Source: Capsulimonadaceae bacterium (lineage in GTDB: Bacteria > Armatimonadota > Armatimonadia > Armatimonadales > Capsulimonadaceae). From it: 64,000 nt of DNA. Shown here piece after piece: positions 47,799-58,298 of this stretch. The notes under the pieces were generated by a model. It was not told the origin of the DNA and did no database searches. It was given only the letters and a program-made list of their open reading frames with translations. The translations under genes were made by a program, and so were the position numbers. The stretch lies in the NCBI GenBank assembly GCA_965215505.1, contig OZ244065.1, positions 4,864,001-4,928,000 of the forward strand. The letters are read 5' to 3'. Numbering within the stretch: position 1 is the stretch's first letter; each line of letters starts with the position of its first letter.

Positions 47799-48901
47799 AG
47801 TAGTTGTTCTAAATTAGATTAAACCATTGGCTCCGCTGTCCTAGTGGCTCGGAACGGCTGGAACTGGATTGTGAGGCACTGACCAACCGCAGCCAATGCC
47901 TGCCAAACCGCCAGATGCAGCGTCTCCTTGTCGGCATAGTCCTCGGGACAAAGCCACTCATATTTGAGCTTGCGCCACAGGATCTCCGCAATGTTGAGGT
48001 GCGGACTGTACGGCGGCAGAAAGAACACGAACAGCCCACGCTCCTGCCAAACCGCCCAACGCTCTTTGACGGCCTTCTTGTGGACGCTGGCATTATCCAG
48101 GACAACGACCGTCAGGCGCGGCAGCGACAAGGAAAGAGCATCTAAGCGTTCGCTGATCCAGGCCGCTGTGATTGTCTGCTCCGTCAAGTACCGGTGGAGG
48201 CGGTTGTCCCGAGAAAGCAGGGCGAAGCAATTTACATTGCCCCCGCGCTCACTGGGCATCGCTACCTGTTCATCGGCAAACTGCCACGCATAAGGAACAC
48301 AGGGTAGCAGAGACACGCCGCTCTCATCGCCGTAGAACAGGTCAATGTGGCCCTGCTCCGAAAGCCGCTCATACTCCGTGAGGCACTCACGCTTGAACTC
48401 GTAAACATCGGCGTTGGGCGTGCGTTTCAGGCGTCGTCGCACTCGCTTGAAGCGGCCGCCGTTTTTTTTAGGAACCGCTTGAGCGTGAGTGTGGAGAACT
48501 CCTTGCCAAGTTCCTGTTCCAGTTCGGCTTTGGCGAGGCTGACGCGCTGACGGTTCTTCTGCACCGCGCGGCGCACGGCTTCCAAATCGGTTGTCTGTTG
48601 CAGGATAGGGCGTCGCCCCCTTCCTTGGCGGGTCTTCAATCCGTCAATGCCGTGTTCCTGGTAGCGCGTGAGCCAGGTGTTGACGACCACCTCGCAGCAG
48701 CCGACTTGGCGGGCGACCTCTTGGGAGGTAAGCCACTGGGATTTGAGCAGGATCATTTGGCAACGCTGGCGAAAGGCATGGGAGGGGCCATGCTTGCTTC
48801 CGTTTTCCAGCGCCGCGCGTTCGTCCTCGGTCAGTTCGATTGCCTTGATTTTCGCCATGACGCTATTGTAGCATAGTTTAATCTAATTCTGAACAACTAC
48901 T
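47799..48901 (-). mobile_element. Complete IS630-family insertion sequence (1103 bp) with TA target duplication
   Basis: 26-bp TIRs AGTAGTTGTTC(TA/AG)AATTAGATTAAAC with 2 mismatches; TA at 47797-98 and 48902-03. Confidence 0.95.
47819..48858 (-). CDS. IS630 transposase in two ORFs (HTH + DDE) joined by a -1 frameshift
   Basis: OrfA HTH 48858-48427; OrfB FYGDES, VLDNASVH, LPPYSPHLNIAE; A8 run at 48469-48462. Confidence 0.92.
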
Positions 48902-48965
48902 TAGACGGCGGCACCGTAACCATCGAAGCGAAGACACCATAAGACGGACAAGAGAAGCGGGTAAG

Positions 48966-48998
48966 GCCGGTGCTGTCATGTGGCACCGGCTTTTCTTT
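48966..48998 (+). terminator. Intrinsic terminator after the protease 3' remnant
   Basis: gccggtgc-loop-gcaccggc followed by ttttcttt. Confidence 0.75.
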
Positions 48999-49094
48999 GG
49001 GTCTTTTTTGCCTTTCAAAGATGGCTATATCCTGCCTCTTAATCAATGACCACTCCGAGCAAACGGGTGTATAATAGATGTGGAGCCAACCCCT

Positions 49095-49376
49095 ATGATG
49101 ACCCTAAACATCTCCCTATCACTAGACCTGGAAGAATGGGTCAAAGCCAAAGTGCAGAGCGGCCAGTACAACTCCGTCAGCGAAGTAGTTCATCATGGCC
49201 TGTACCTGATGCAAGACCAAGAAGCCCTGCGTCAGATCAAACTGGAGCGACTGCGAAGAGACGTTGCCGCCAGTATAGAGGCGGCGGAACGCGGCGAAGT
49301 GGCTCCGCTGGATGTAGAAGACATCATCGCACGGGGAAAGAAGCGGTTGGTAGAGGCGAGAACGCAAAACAGGTGA
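49095..49376 (+). CDS. ParD-like (RHH) type II antitoxin
   Basis: LNISLSLDLEEWVKAKVQSGQYNSVSEVV...LERLRRDVAASIE; TATAAT at 49070. Confidence 0.88.
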   Translation: MMTLNISLSLDLEEWVKAKVQSGQYNSVSEVVHHGLYLMQDQEALRQIKLERLRRDVAASIEAAERGEVAPLDVEDIIARGKKRLVEARTQNR

Positions 49377-49450
49377 TACACGGTGAGCAGGCGTCGGCCT
49401 GCTGAAAAGTCGGACCTACATCGCTGAATATTACATCGTGACCGTTAATC
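49364..49450 (+). pseudogene. Degraded, frameshifted ParE/RelE toxin remnant
   Basis: AKQVIHGEQAS, then in another frame LLKSRTYIAEYYIV; resembles the ParE N-terminus (A..DL.EIW.YIA.D). Confidence 0.6.
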
Positions 49451-49508
49451 CGGCTTTGCTAACGTCAAGCCTTTTGGGCGCAGGAAGAGATAGGAGAGTT
49501 TGCATAAC

Positions 49509-51515
49509 ATGAACGCTATTTCACGCCAGTTGATCCTAGCTGCCCATTCTGGGGACGTGAGGAAAGCAGAACTTCTGCTGAAACAAGTGGTCAACCCCAA
49601 CGAACAGGATGAGCAGCAGAGAACCGCTTTGCATTGGGCTGCTCTGCAAGGCCACATCACGGTCGTCAGGCTACTACTTCAAAATGGTGCTAATGCCTCT
49701 ATAGTAGCTAAAGATGGAAGGACTGCGCTCATGCTTGCAGAGCAAAAAAGTCACGCTGGCATAGCACACATCCTACGCAACACTAAATCTTCTGGACAGG
49801 CTGAACAACTGGCCGCGTATGGTGCAGAAAACAGCAAATCCAAAGAAACAATGAATAAGCATATCATAGAAGCCGCTGCCTCCAACAGCACTTCCAGGAT
49901 AGATTTGCTTGTGAAAGGTGGAGCTGATCCGAATGCGACTGATAAGAAAGGCTGTTCTGCGTTGATGTGTGCTGCCCAAAACGGTAACTTGGCCGCAGTA
50001 CGAACATTACTGACGCACAAAGCAGATATAGAACTCAAAGATAAAGAAGGAAAAACTGCCTTATTTCATGCCATCCTGAAGACGCAGAACACAGTAGTTG
50101 AATTTCTTCTGAATGAAGGTGCTGACGCGAACTGCCTCATTAGTGGCGGCCTTTCACCTCTTTGTTTTGCTTCTGCGCTGGGCAATGCAGAAGCCATTGG
50201 CTGCTTGATTGAGGCTGGCGCTGATCCCAACACTCCGGTTTCCGGCGGACTTACTGCTTCGCATTTTGCGGCGATATATGGCGAGATGGAAGCCTTGGAA
50301 GCCCTACTCGATAACTGGGCCTACCTTGATGCGATCGATGACGCTTGCGGGACGGTTCTGATGGCTGCGGCAGAAGCAGGAAAGAAAGACGTGGTCAAAT
50401 TCCTCACGGAAAAGATCGATAACATTGATGAACAAGACGTTGTCGGAAACACTGCACTAATCTATGCAGTACAAGGCGGGCACTTGGAAACAGTCATAGC
50501 ACTGCTAGATGCTGATGCAGATTTGACTCTGGAAAACGACGACGATAAAACGGCTCTAGACATAGCTACTGAAAAGGACTACATACGGATCAAGCAACTG
50601 TTGGAGACGGCTTCGATTAGGCATACTGGACACAGTCCGTATATCGCGCTGGGAAAGACGAGACAGGAACAAACTGAGTCGAAACGAGATAATCAACCGA
50701 CGAAAATAGATGGCTCGTTGAAGGAACTAACTGCATTAATCGGGCTAACTGAAGTCAAGGCGAGCGTTGAGCAACTAACCAACTTTTTGCGCGTTCAGCA
50801 GATGCGGAAAGCCAAGGGCTTGTCTGCCCCTCAGCAAAGTCTCCACATGGTCTTCACCGGCAATCCCGGTACGGGCAAGACCACTATTGCGCGGCTCATC
50901 GCCCAAATTTACAACAGCCTTGGCATCCTGAGCAAAGGGCAGTTCGTGGAAACCGACCGAGCCGGATTGGTCGGCGGCTACCTGGGACAAACGGCTATCA
51001 AGACACAAGAAGCCGTGGAAAGCGCCATCGGCGGCGTCCTGTTTATAGACGAAGCGTACAGCCTGACCGACAACACACACGGGCATGATCAGTACGGACA
51101 AGAAGCCGTTGCAACGCTCCTAAAGCTGATGGAGGACCACCGCGACGACCTTATCGTCATCGTCGCCGGGTACACCGAGCCGATGCAGAAGTTCATCCGC
51201 AGCAACCCCGGCCTCCAGTCCCGCTTCAACAAGTTCCTGCACTTCGACGACTACGCGCCCGCCGAGCTGACCGAGATCTTCCGGCACTTCGCCGTGTCGG
51301 GCGACTACACGCTGCACCCGGCGACGGAGCTGAAGCTGACCAACGTGTTCGCGGCTCACTACGCCCGGCGCGACGAGACGTTCGGCAACGCGCGGCTGGC
51401 GCGGAACCTGTTCGAGAAGGCCATCAACGCCCACGCGAACCGGATGGTTTCGGCGGGGGCGGTGGACGAGGCGAGTCTGGTCACGCTGTACCCGGAGGAC
51501 ATACCCAATGCCTAA
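49509..51515 (+). CDS. Ankyrin-repeat protein fused to a CbbX/SpoVK/EccA-type AAA+ ATPase
   Basis: About 10 ankyrin repeats (RTALHWAA, TALMLA, TALIYAV); LIGLTEVK; GNPGTGKT; LFIDEAY; SNPGLQSRF; FGNARLARN. Confidence 0.92.
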   Translation: MNAISRQLILAAHSGDVRKAELLLKQVVNPNEQDEQQRTALHWAALQGHITVVRLLLQNGANASIVAKDGRTALMLAEQKSHAGIAHILRNTKSSGQAEQLAAYGAENSKSKETMNKHIIEAAASNSTSRIDLLVKGGADPNATDKKGCSALMCAAQNGNLAAVRTLLTHKADIELKDKEGKTALFHAILKTQNTVVEFLLNEGADANCLISGGLSPLCFASALGNAEAIGCLIEAGADPNTPVSGGLTASHFAAIYGEMEALEALLDNWAYLDAIDDACGTVLMAAAEAGKKDVVKFLTEKIDNIDEQDVVGNTALIYAVQGGHLETVIALLDADADLTLENDDDKTALDIATEKDYIRIKQLLETASIRHTGHSPYIALGKTRQEQTESKRDNQPTKIDGSLKELTALIGLTEVKASVEQLTNFLRVQQMRKAKGLSAPQQSLHMVFTGNPGTGKTTIARLIAQIYNSLGILSKGQFVETDRAGLVGGYLGQTAIKTQEAVESAIGGVLFIDEAYSLTDNTHGHDQYGQEAVATLLKLMEDHRDDLIVIVAGYTEPMQKFIRSNPGLQSRFNKFLHFDDYAPAELTEIFRHFAVSGDYTLHPATELKLTNVFAAHYARRDETFGNARLARNLFEKAINAHANRMVSAGAVDEASLVTLYPEDIPNA

Positions 51516-51726
51516 CGCCCAAGACGTGTATACTGCCAATGTCCGCCCGCTGCCGCCTGCCGAGCGGCTGCGTGTGGCGGCACTCATCCTGGACGAACTG
51601 ACCCGTCCGGTGGCGGTGACGGTGGAGGAGAGTAGCGAGTGGAGCGAGGAAGACATCCGCGACCTGACGGCCTTCTCATTGCAGTACGCGGCCACCCTCT
51701 ACCCCGAGGAGGAGGAATATGTTTGA
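51508..51726 (+). CDS. Putative antitoxin
   Basis: Small acidic protein (LPPAERLRVAALIL...SEWSEEDIRD) overlapping both neighbours by 8 nt. Confidence 0.7.
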   Translation: MPNAQDVYTANVRPLPPAERLRVAALILDELTRPVAVTVEESSEWSEEDIRDLTAFSLQYAATLYPEEEEYV

Positions 51727-52054
51727 ACCGGGCGATATCGTCACGATTGACTTTCCCGGTGTCGCCGGTGTGAAACGCCGGCCGGCGGTTGTTCTTTCCT
51801 CGAAGACCTACCACCAGAACCGGCCGGACCTCATCGTCGGGCTGATTACCAGCCAGATAGCAGCGGCGATAGGGCCTACGGATTACCTCCTGCTGGATTG
51901 GTCGGCGGCTGGCCTCCGTGTGCCTTCCGCTTTTCGCTCTTTTCTTACGACATTGCCACCCGCTGCACGGCCAGTCAAGATCGGGGAGTTATCCCAAAGA
52001 GACTGGGCTTCAATCCGCTTGCGCGTCAAGATGGCACTGATAGATTTGAGCTGA
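51719..52054 (+). CDS. PemK/MazF family type II toxin
   Basis: GDIVTIDFP...KRRPAVVLS...LITS...GLRVPS...KIGELS. Confidence 0.88.
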   Translation: MFEPGDIVTIDFPGVAGVKRRPAVVLSSKTYHQNRPDLIVGLITSQIAAAIGPTDYLLLDWSAAGLRVPSAFRSFLTTLPPAARPVKIGELSQRDWASIRLRVKMALIDLS

Positions 52055-52148
52055 CGCTATACCTGGAGGACATCTCGAATACCTGACGCCCGGAAAGCCC
52101 GGCCTGAGAGGGCAGGTGGGACGGAAAGGCCAGGGGCAGAGGGAAGGA

Positions 52149-52245
52149 GGGCGAACACAAGGTTCGCCCCTAGGGGGCAGGAGAGGAGGGCGCGATGAAT
52201 CGCGCCCCTACGGGATGGGACGTAGGGGCGCTGCTTGCCGCGCCC
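52149..52245. repeat. Cluster of three GTAG-type REP-like palindromes
   Basis: gggcgaacacaaggttcgccccta; gggcgcgatgaatcgcgcccctac; gtaggggcgctgcttgccgcgccc. Confidence 0.75.
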
Positions 52246-52282
52246 TCTTGATGTCGGCCTTTCTTCTGTTGTCCGCCCCAAG

Positions 52283-53140
52283 TTACGCCGCCAGCCGAAA
52301 TAGGGGCTGGTCGGCGGCGGCCTGGATGCGGACGGCCTCATGTTCGGCTTCCGAGAGCGGGGTGAAGCCGTCGGCGATGTCCAGGGCCAGGCGGAACAGG
52401 CGGATGTCGCCGGGCGGGAGGGCCGCCGTGATCGGCAGGGACAGGGTGTAGCGCAGGGCCGCTGTCGCCTCCGCCCGGTCGGCCAGCGGCTCATACCAGG
52501 CCTTCGGGTACTCGCTCTTGTGCGGGTCGCCGTCGCGCCACGGGCCGCGCGCCATGCCCTTCAGGGCCAGCCGGGCCACCCCCTTCGCCTGGGCCGCTTC
52601 CATCACCTGCGGGCCGAAGCCGGCGTTCTCGTAGGTGACGTAGTTGAACGGGAACAGCAGGCTGTCGAAATCAAACTGGTCCATGGCGGCCAGCGCGGCG
52701 TGGACGGAATGGGCGCTGAAGCCCAGATGTTTTACTTTGCCCTGCTCGCGCGCCTTGAGGAACGTCTCCATCGCGCCGCCCATCCCGAAGGCTTGTTGCA
52801 CGTCCTCATCGGACGTGATGGCATGGAGCTGGTACAGGTCGAAGTGGTCGGTCTGCATCAGGCGCAGCGAGTTTTCCAGTTCCTCCCGCGCCCCCTGAGC
52901 GTCGCGGCGGCCCGTCTTGCAGGCCAGGAACACGTCGTCCCGGTACGGCTTCAGGGCCGGGCCGAGCCGCTCCTCCGCGTTGCCGTAGGAGGGGGCCACG
53001 TCGAAGTAGTTGATGCCCCAGTCTATCGCCTCGCCGACGTACTGGTCGGCCTCAGGCGGGGAAACGTCCATGACGATGATGCCGCCGAAGCCGAGGACGC
53101 TCAGGTCCCGGCCGGTCTTGCCGTAGGGTCGCTTTTCCAT
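52283..53140 (-). CDS. Aldo/keto reductase
   Basis: LGFGG, YFDVAPSYG, LACKT, DLYQLH and LGFSAH. Confidence 0.93.
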   Translation of the reverse strand: MEKRPYGKTGRDLSVLGFGGIIVMDVSPPEADQYVGEAIDWGINYFDVAPSYGNAEERLGPALKPYRDDVFLACKTGRRDAQGAREELENSLRLMQTDHFDLYQLHAITSDEDVQQAFGMGGAMETFLKAREQGKVKHLGFSAHSVHAALAAMDQFDFDSLLFPFNYVTYENAGFGPQVMEAAQAKGVARLALKGMARGPWRDGDPHKSEYPKAWYEPLADRAEATAALRYTLSLPITAALPPGDIRLFRLALDIADGFTPLSEAEHEAVRIQAAADQPLFRLAA

Positions 53141-53318
53141 GGTTACCTCTTGGTGAAATGATTCGCGGAAGGCTGATGATTCGCGGAAGATTGCTGCCGC
53201 GCATTATACCCGGTGGGCGGGGTTTCGTCATCGCCTCACAACAGCCCCCACCTACGGTATAATAAAGACATACTGTGACACGAACTCATCCCAGCGCGGG
53301 GCTTCAGGAGACGGCGGC

Positions 53319-54335
53319 ATGACAACATTCAAGGCACTACTCGTCGGCGCGGGCGGCATGGGGCGGGCCTGGGGGAACAACCTCAAGAGCCACCCGGACG
53401 TCGAGGTCGCCGGGTGGGTGGACATCCGGCCCGGCGCGGCCCAAGAGGCGGCGGACAAACTGGAGCTTTCCGCCCTGCACGCCGGAGACGATCTGGGGAA
53501 GGCGCTGGCCGAAGTGAGGCCGGACTTCGTCGTAGACGTGACGATCCCAGAGGCGCACCGGGACGTGACGCTCCAGGCCCTGGCGGCGGGTGTGCCCATG
53601 CTTGGCGAGAAGCCGATGGCCGACAGCATGGAGCGCGCCCGTGAGATGGTGGCCGCCTCGGAAAAGAGCGGCAAGCTCTACATGGTCAGCCAGAGCCGAC
53701 GCTATGACGCCCGCATCCAGGCCTACCGGGCGCTCATCCAGGAGCAGGCCGGGTCGCTGGGCATCTTGAACTCCGACTTCTACATCGGCGCGCACTTCGG
53801 CGGCTTCCGGGACGAGATGGCGAGCGTCCTGCTGCTGGACATGGCGATCCACACTCTGGACCAGGCCCGCTACCTGTCCGGGGCAGACCCCGTTTCGGTC
53901 TACTGCGAGGAGTTCAACCCCGGCTGGAGCTGGTACAAAGGGGACGCCAGCGCGAACGCCCTGTTCGAGATGACCGGCGGCCTGCGCTACACCTACCGCG
54001 GCTCGTGGTGCAGCGAGGGCAAGAACACATCTTGGGAAGGGGAATGGCGCGCGGTCGGCTCCAAGGGAACGGCGGTCTGGGATGGTGCCGGGGTACTTTC
54101 GGCAGACGTCGTGACCAAGCCGGGCGGGTTCTTCAGCGAGACGGAGCCGCGCTCGGTCGAGGTGTCGGGTGACGTCCCCGGCGGCATCGCCGGGTCGCTC
54201 CGGGACTTCTTGAATGCGCTCCAGACCGGCGCGACGCCGATGGGTGAGTGCCACGACAACATCAAGAGCCTCGCCATGGTGTTCGCCGCCATCGAGTCCT
54301 CGGCGTCCGGCCGGCGCGTCCCGGTGCGGGCGTGA
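53319..54335 (+). CDS. Gfo/Idh/MocA family oxidoreductase
   Basis: VGAGGMG, GEKPMA and DMAIHTLD. Confidence 0.93.
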   Translation: MTTFKALLVGAGGMGRAWGNNLKSHPDVEVAGWVDIRPGAAQEAADKLELSALHAGDDLGKALAEVRPDFVVDVTIPEAHRDVTLQALAAGVPMLGEKPMADSMERAREMVAASEKSGKLYMVSQSRRYDARIQAYRALIQEQAGSLGILNSDFYIGAHFGGFRDEMASVLLLDMAIHTLDQARYLSGADPVSVYCEEFNPGWSWYKGDASANALFEMTGGLRYTYRGSWCSEGKNTSWEGEWRAVGSKGTAVWDGAGVLSADVVTKPGGFFSETEPRSVEVSGDVPGGIAGSLRDFLNALQTGATPMGECHDNIKSLAMVFAAIESSASGRRVPVRA

Positions 54336-55633
54336 GCGGCCTCTTCCTGTCACCCTACTGGCTCCTGCTGCTGACCCTGTTCCTGCCGCTGCCCTTCGGC
54401 ACGGACCGGCGCGGACGGCGCGTGCCCTGGGTGACATACACCCTTATCGGCCTCAACGCCGCCGCGTTCGCCTTGACGGGACCGCAGGACTTCAATCGGT
54501 GGGGGCTGGTGCCGAGCGCGCCGCACTTCGCCGCCCTCCTGACCGGGCTGTTCCTGCACGTCAGCTTCGCACACCTGTTCTGGAACATGGTCTTCCTGTG
54601 GCTCTTCGGGCCGCACGTCGAGGAGGCCCTGGGGCGGGAGGCGTACCTGGCCCTCTACCTCGGCGGCGGCATCGCGGCCGGCCTGCTGCACATGGCGATC
54701 ATCCTGCTGCGCGGCGAGATCGTCTCGGTCCCCCTGGTCGGAGCCTCCGGGGCGATCTCCGCTATCCTCGCCCCCTTCGCGATCCGCTTTCACCGGGCGA
54801 ACATCCGCCTGGCTTGGCTCCCCGCCATGCTCTTCTTCCCCGCCTGGGGCCAGCTCGAAGTGCCCGCCGTGGCCGGCCTGGGGCTGTGGCTCTTGCAGAA
54901 CATCGGGGGCGGGATCTCCTTCCTGCTCCACCCCGTGCCCGGCGGGACCGCCTACTGGGCGCACATCGGCGGGTTCGTGTTCGGCCTGGTCGCCGCCGAA
55001 CTCACCGGCCTACTGCGCGACGGCCGGCAGGACTACCTGCTGCAAGACGCCCGCTCGGCGGCGGCGCGGGGCAAAGAGGCGCTGGACCTCGCGCTGCAAA
55101 AATACCGGTCGTTCCTGGACCGCGACCCGGATAACGCCCCGGTGCGGGCGGAACTGGCCCGCCTCTTGGCCGCCCATCCCGGCGCGGACGCCCGCGAGAC
55201 GGAGGAGGCGCGGCGGGAGGCCGGGCGGGAGATGCTGGGTGCCGTCCGCGCCTTCCTCAAGGGGGGCAAGCCGGGCGAGGCCGCCCGCTGTGCCGGCGAG
55301 GCGCGCGCGCTGAGGCTCCGGCTCGCCCTCTCCCCGCGCGAGCGGCTGCGGCTGGCGGGAGCATCGGAGGCGGTGGGCGATCTAGCGACGGCGGTCGCGC
55401 TGCTGCGCGCGCTGGCCGAGGAGACGCCGGAAGCGCCCGAGGACGAAATGGCGCGGCTCAAGCTGGGCCAGATGCTTCTGGGGCCGGACCCGTCCGAAGC
55501 GAAGGGGTGGCTGTCGAGTCTTTTGGAAAAGTACCCGCAGAGTGAGTGGGCGCGGCGGGCGCGGGAGATGCTGGCGGAGGCAAACAGATGTTTGATCCTC
55601 GGCCCGTCTGGAAACAATCCTGCTGTTGACTAA
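54332..55633 (+). CDS. Rhomboid intramembrane serine protease with C-terminal TPR-like region
   Basis: FLH...HLFWNM, GASGAIS and AYWAHIGGF; GTGA overlap with the upstream stop. Confidence 0.9.
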   Translation: MSGLFLSPYWLLLLTLFLPLPFGTDRRGRRVPWVTYTLIGLNAAAFALTGPQDFNRWGLVPSAPHFAALLTGLFLHVSFAHLFWNMVFLWLFGPHVEEALGREAYLALYLGGGIAAGLLHMAIILLRGEIVSVPLVGASGAISAILAPFAIRFHRANIRLAWLPAMLFFPAWGQLEVPAVAGLGLWLLQNIGGGISFLLHPVPGGTAYWAHIGGFVFGLVAAELTGLLRDGRQDYLLQDARSAAARGKEALDLALQKYRSFLDRDPDNAPVRAELARLLAAHPGADARETEEARREAGREMLGAVRAFLKGGKPGEAARCAGEARALRLRLALSPRERLRLAGASEAVGDLATAVALLRALAEETPEAPEDEMARLKLGQMLLGPDPSEAKGWLSSLLEKYPQSEWARRAREMLAEANRCLILGPSGNNPAVD

Positions 55634-55655
55634 CCCAGACAGGAGAACATTTCCG

Positions 55656-56045
55656 ATGGCCGTGGAAGATCTAAAGAAGAACGCGATGATGGCACATCTG
55701 CTGGACGCGCTGGACCATAAAAAGGACATCGGCCACTATGGCCGGCTCGTCTTCACGATGGTGGCCCGCCACTTCATGAGTGAAGACGAAGTGGTAGCGG
55801 AACTCGCCAAGGACAAGGACTTCAGCGAGGAGCAGGCCCGGTCGCTCTACCTCCAGGTCCAGTCCAAGGACTACAACCCGCCCAAGCGGGAGAAGATCTT
55901 GCAGTACCAGCAGGAGCAGGAATTCCCGATCATCCCCAACCCGGACGACCCGGACCAGGGCAACGTGTACCGGGACCTGAACTTCCCGGACCACGTCTAC
56001 CAGCACATCTCCGAGTATTACGAACACAAGGCGGAAGCGGCCTAG
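55656..56045 (+). CDS. Conserved small protein resembling the primase large-subunit C-terminal fold
   Basis: RBS AGGAG; MMAHLLDAL...IGHYGRLVF...DFSEEQAR...YNPP. Confidence 0.7.
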   Translation: MAVEDLKKNAMMAHLLDALDHKKDIGHYGRLVFTMVARHFMSEDEVVAELAKDKDFSEEQARSLYLQVQSKDYNPPKREKILQYQQEQEFPIIPNPDDPDQGNVYRDLNFPDHVYQHISEYYEHKAEAA

Positions 56046-56055
56046 CGCCCGGCAC

Positions 56056-56077
56056 GGGGGGCGCATCCGCGCCCCCC
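56056..56077. terminator. GC hairpin between convergent genes
   Basis: ggggggcgc-atcc-gcgcccccc; no clear U-tract. Confidence 0.45.
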
Positions 56078-56092
56078 TGCTCCCGCCTCCTG

Positions 56093-58107
<2,015 letters not shown>

Positions 58108-58298
58108 TAAAGTGACCTTTCGTGTTCTGGGAGGTCTGGGAGGCGGGTAGGCTTCCCCTTCCTGCCTACCCGCCCGGCCCCCCGTTGCCGGCTTTGATTG
58201 CATTCTGGCAGATATTGCGGTATCATTCAGGACGACACCGCGCCGGGCACTGCCGTCATTTCGGGTGTCGGCGACCGAGTCTGCACACGACACCATCC

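Larger units (their letters stand above)
47463..48942 (+). pseudogene. Clan AA (retropepsin-like) aspartic protease interrupted by IS630
   Basis: AVIDTGYNG and SLIGMSLL; removing the IS restores ...ILDVV-DGGTVTIEAKTP* (TAA 48940-42). Confidence 0.88.

Noticed and set aside
49509-51515. Type VII secretion EccA or Rubisco activase CbbX assignment
   Set aside because: No ecc/esx or cbb genes nearby, and the N-terminus is ankyrin rather than TPR
52094-52110. gaaagcccggcct shared with the terminator at 34799, as a possible att/direct repeat
   Set aside because: Only 13 bp in GC-rich DNA, no integrase, and the interval contains ordinary chromosomal genes
58142-58150. ops/JUMPstart element
   Set aside because: GGCGGGTAG is not the GGCGGTAG consensus and is on the wrong strand for gmd
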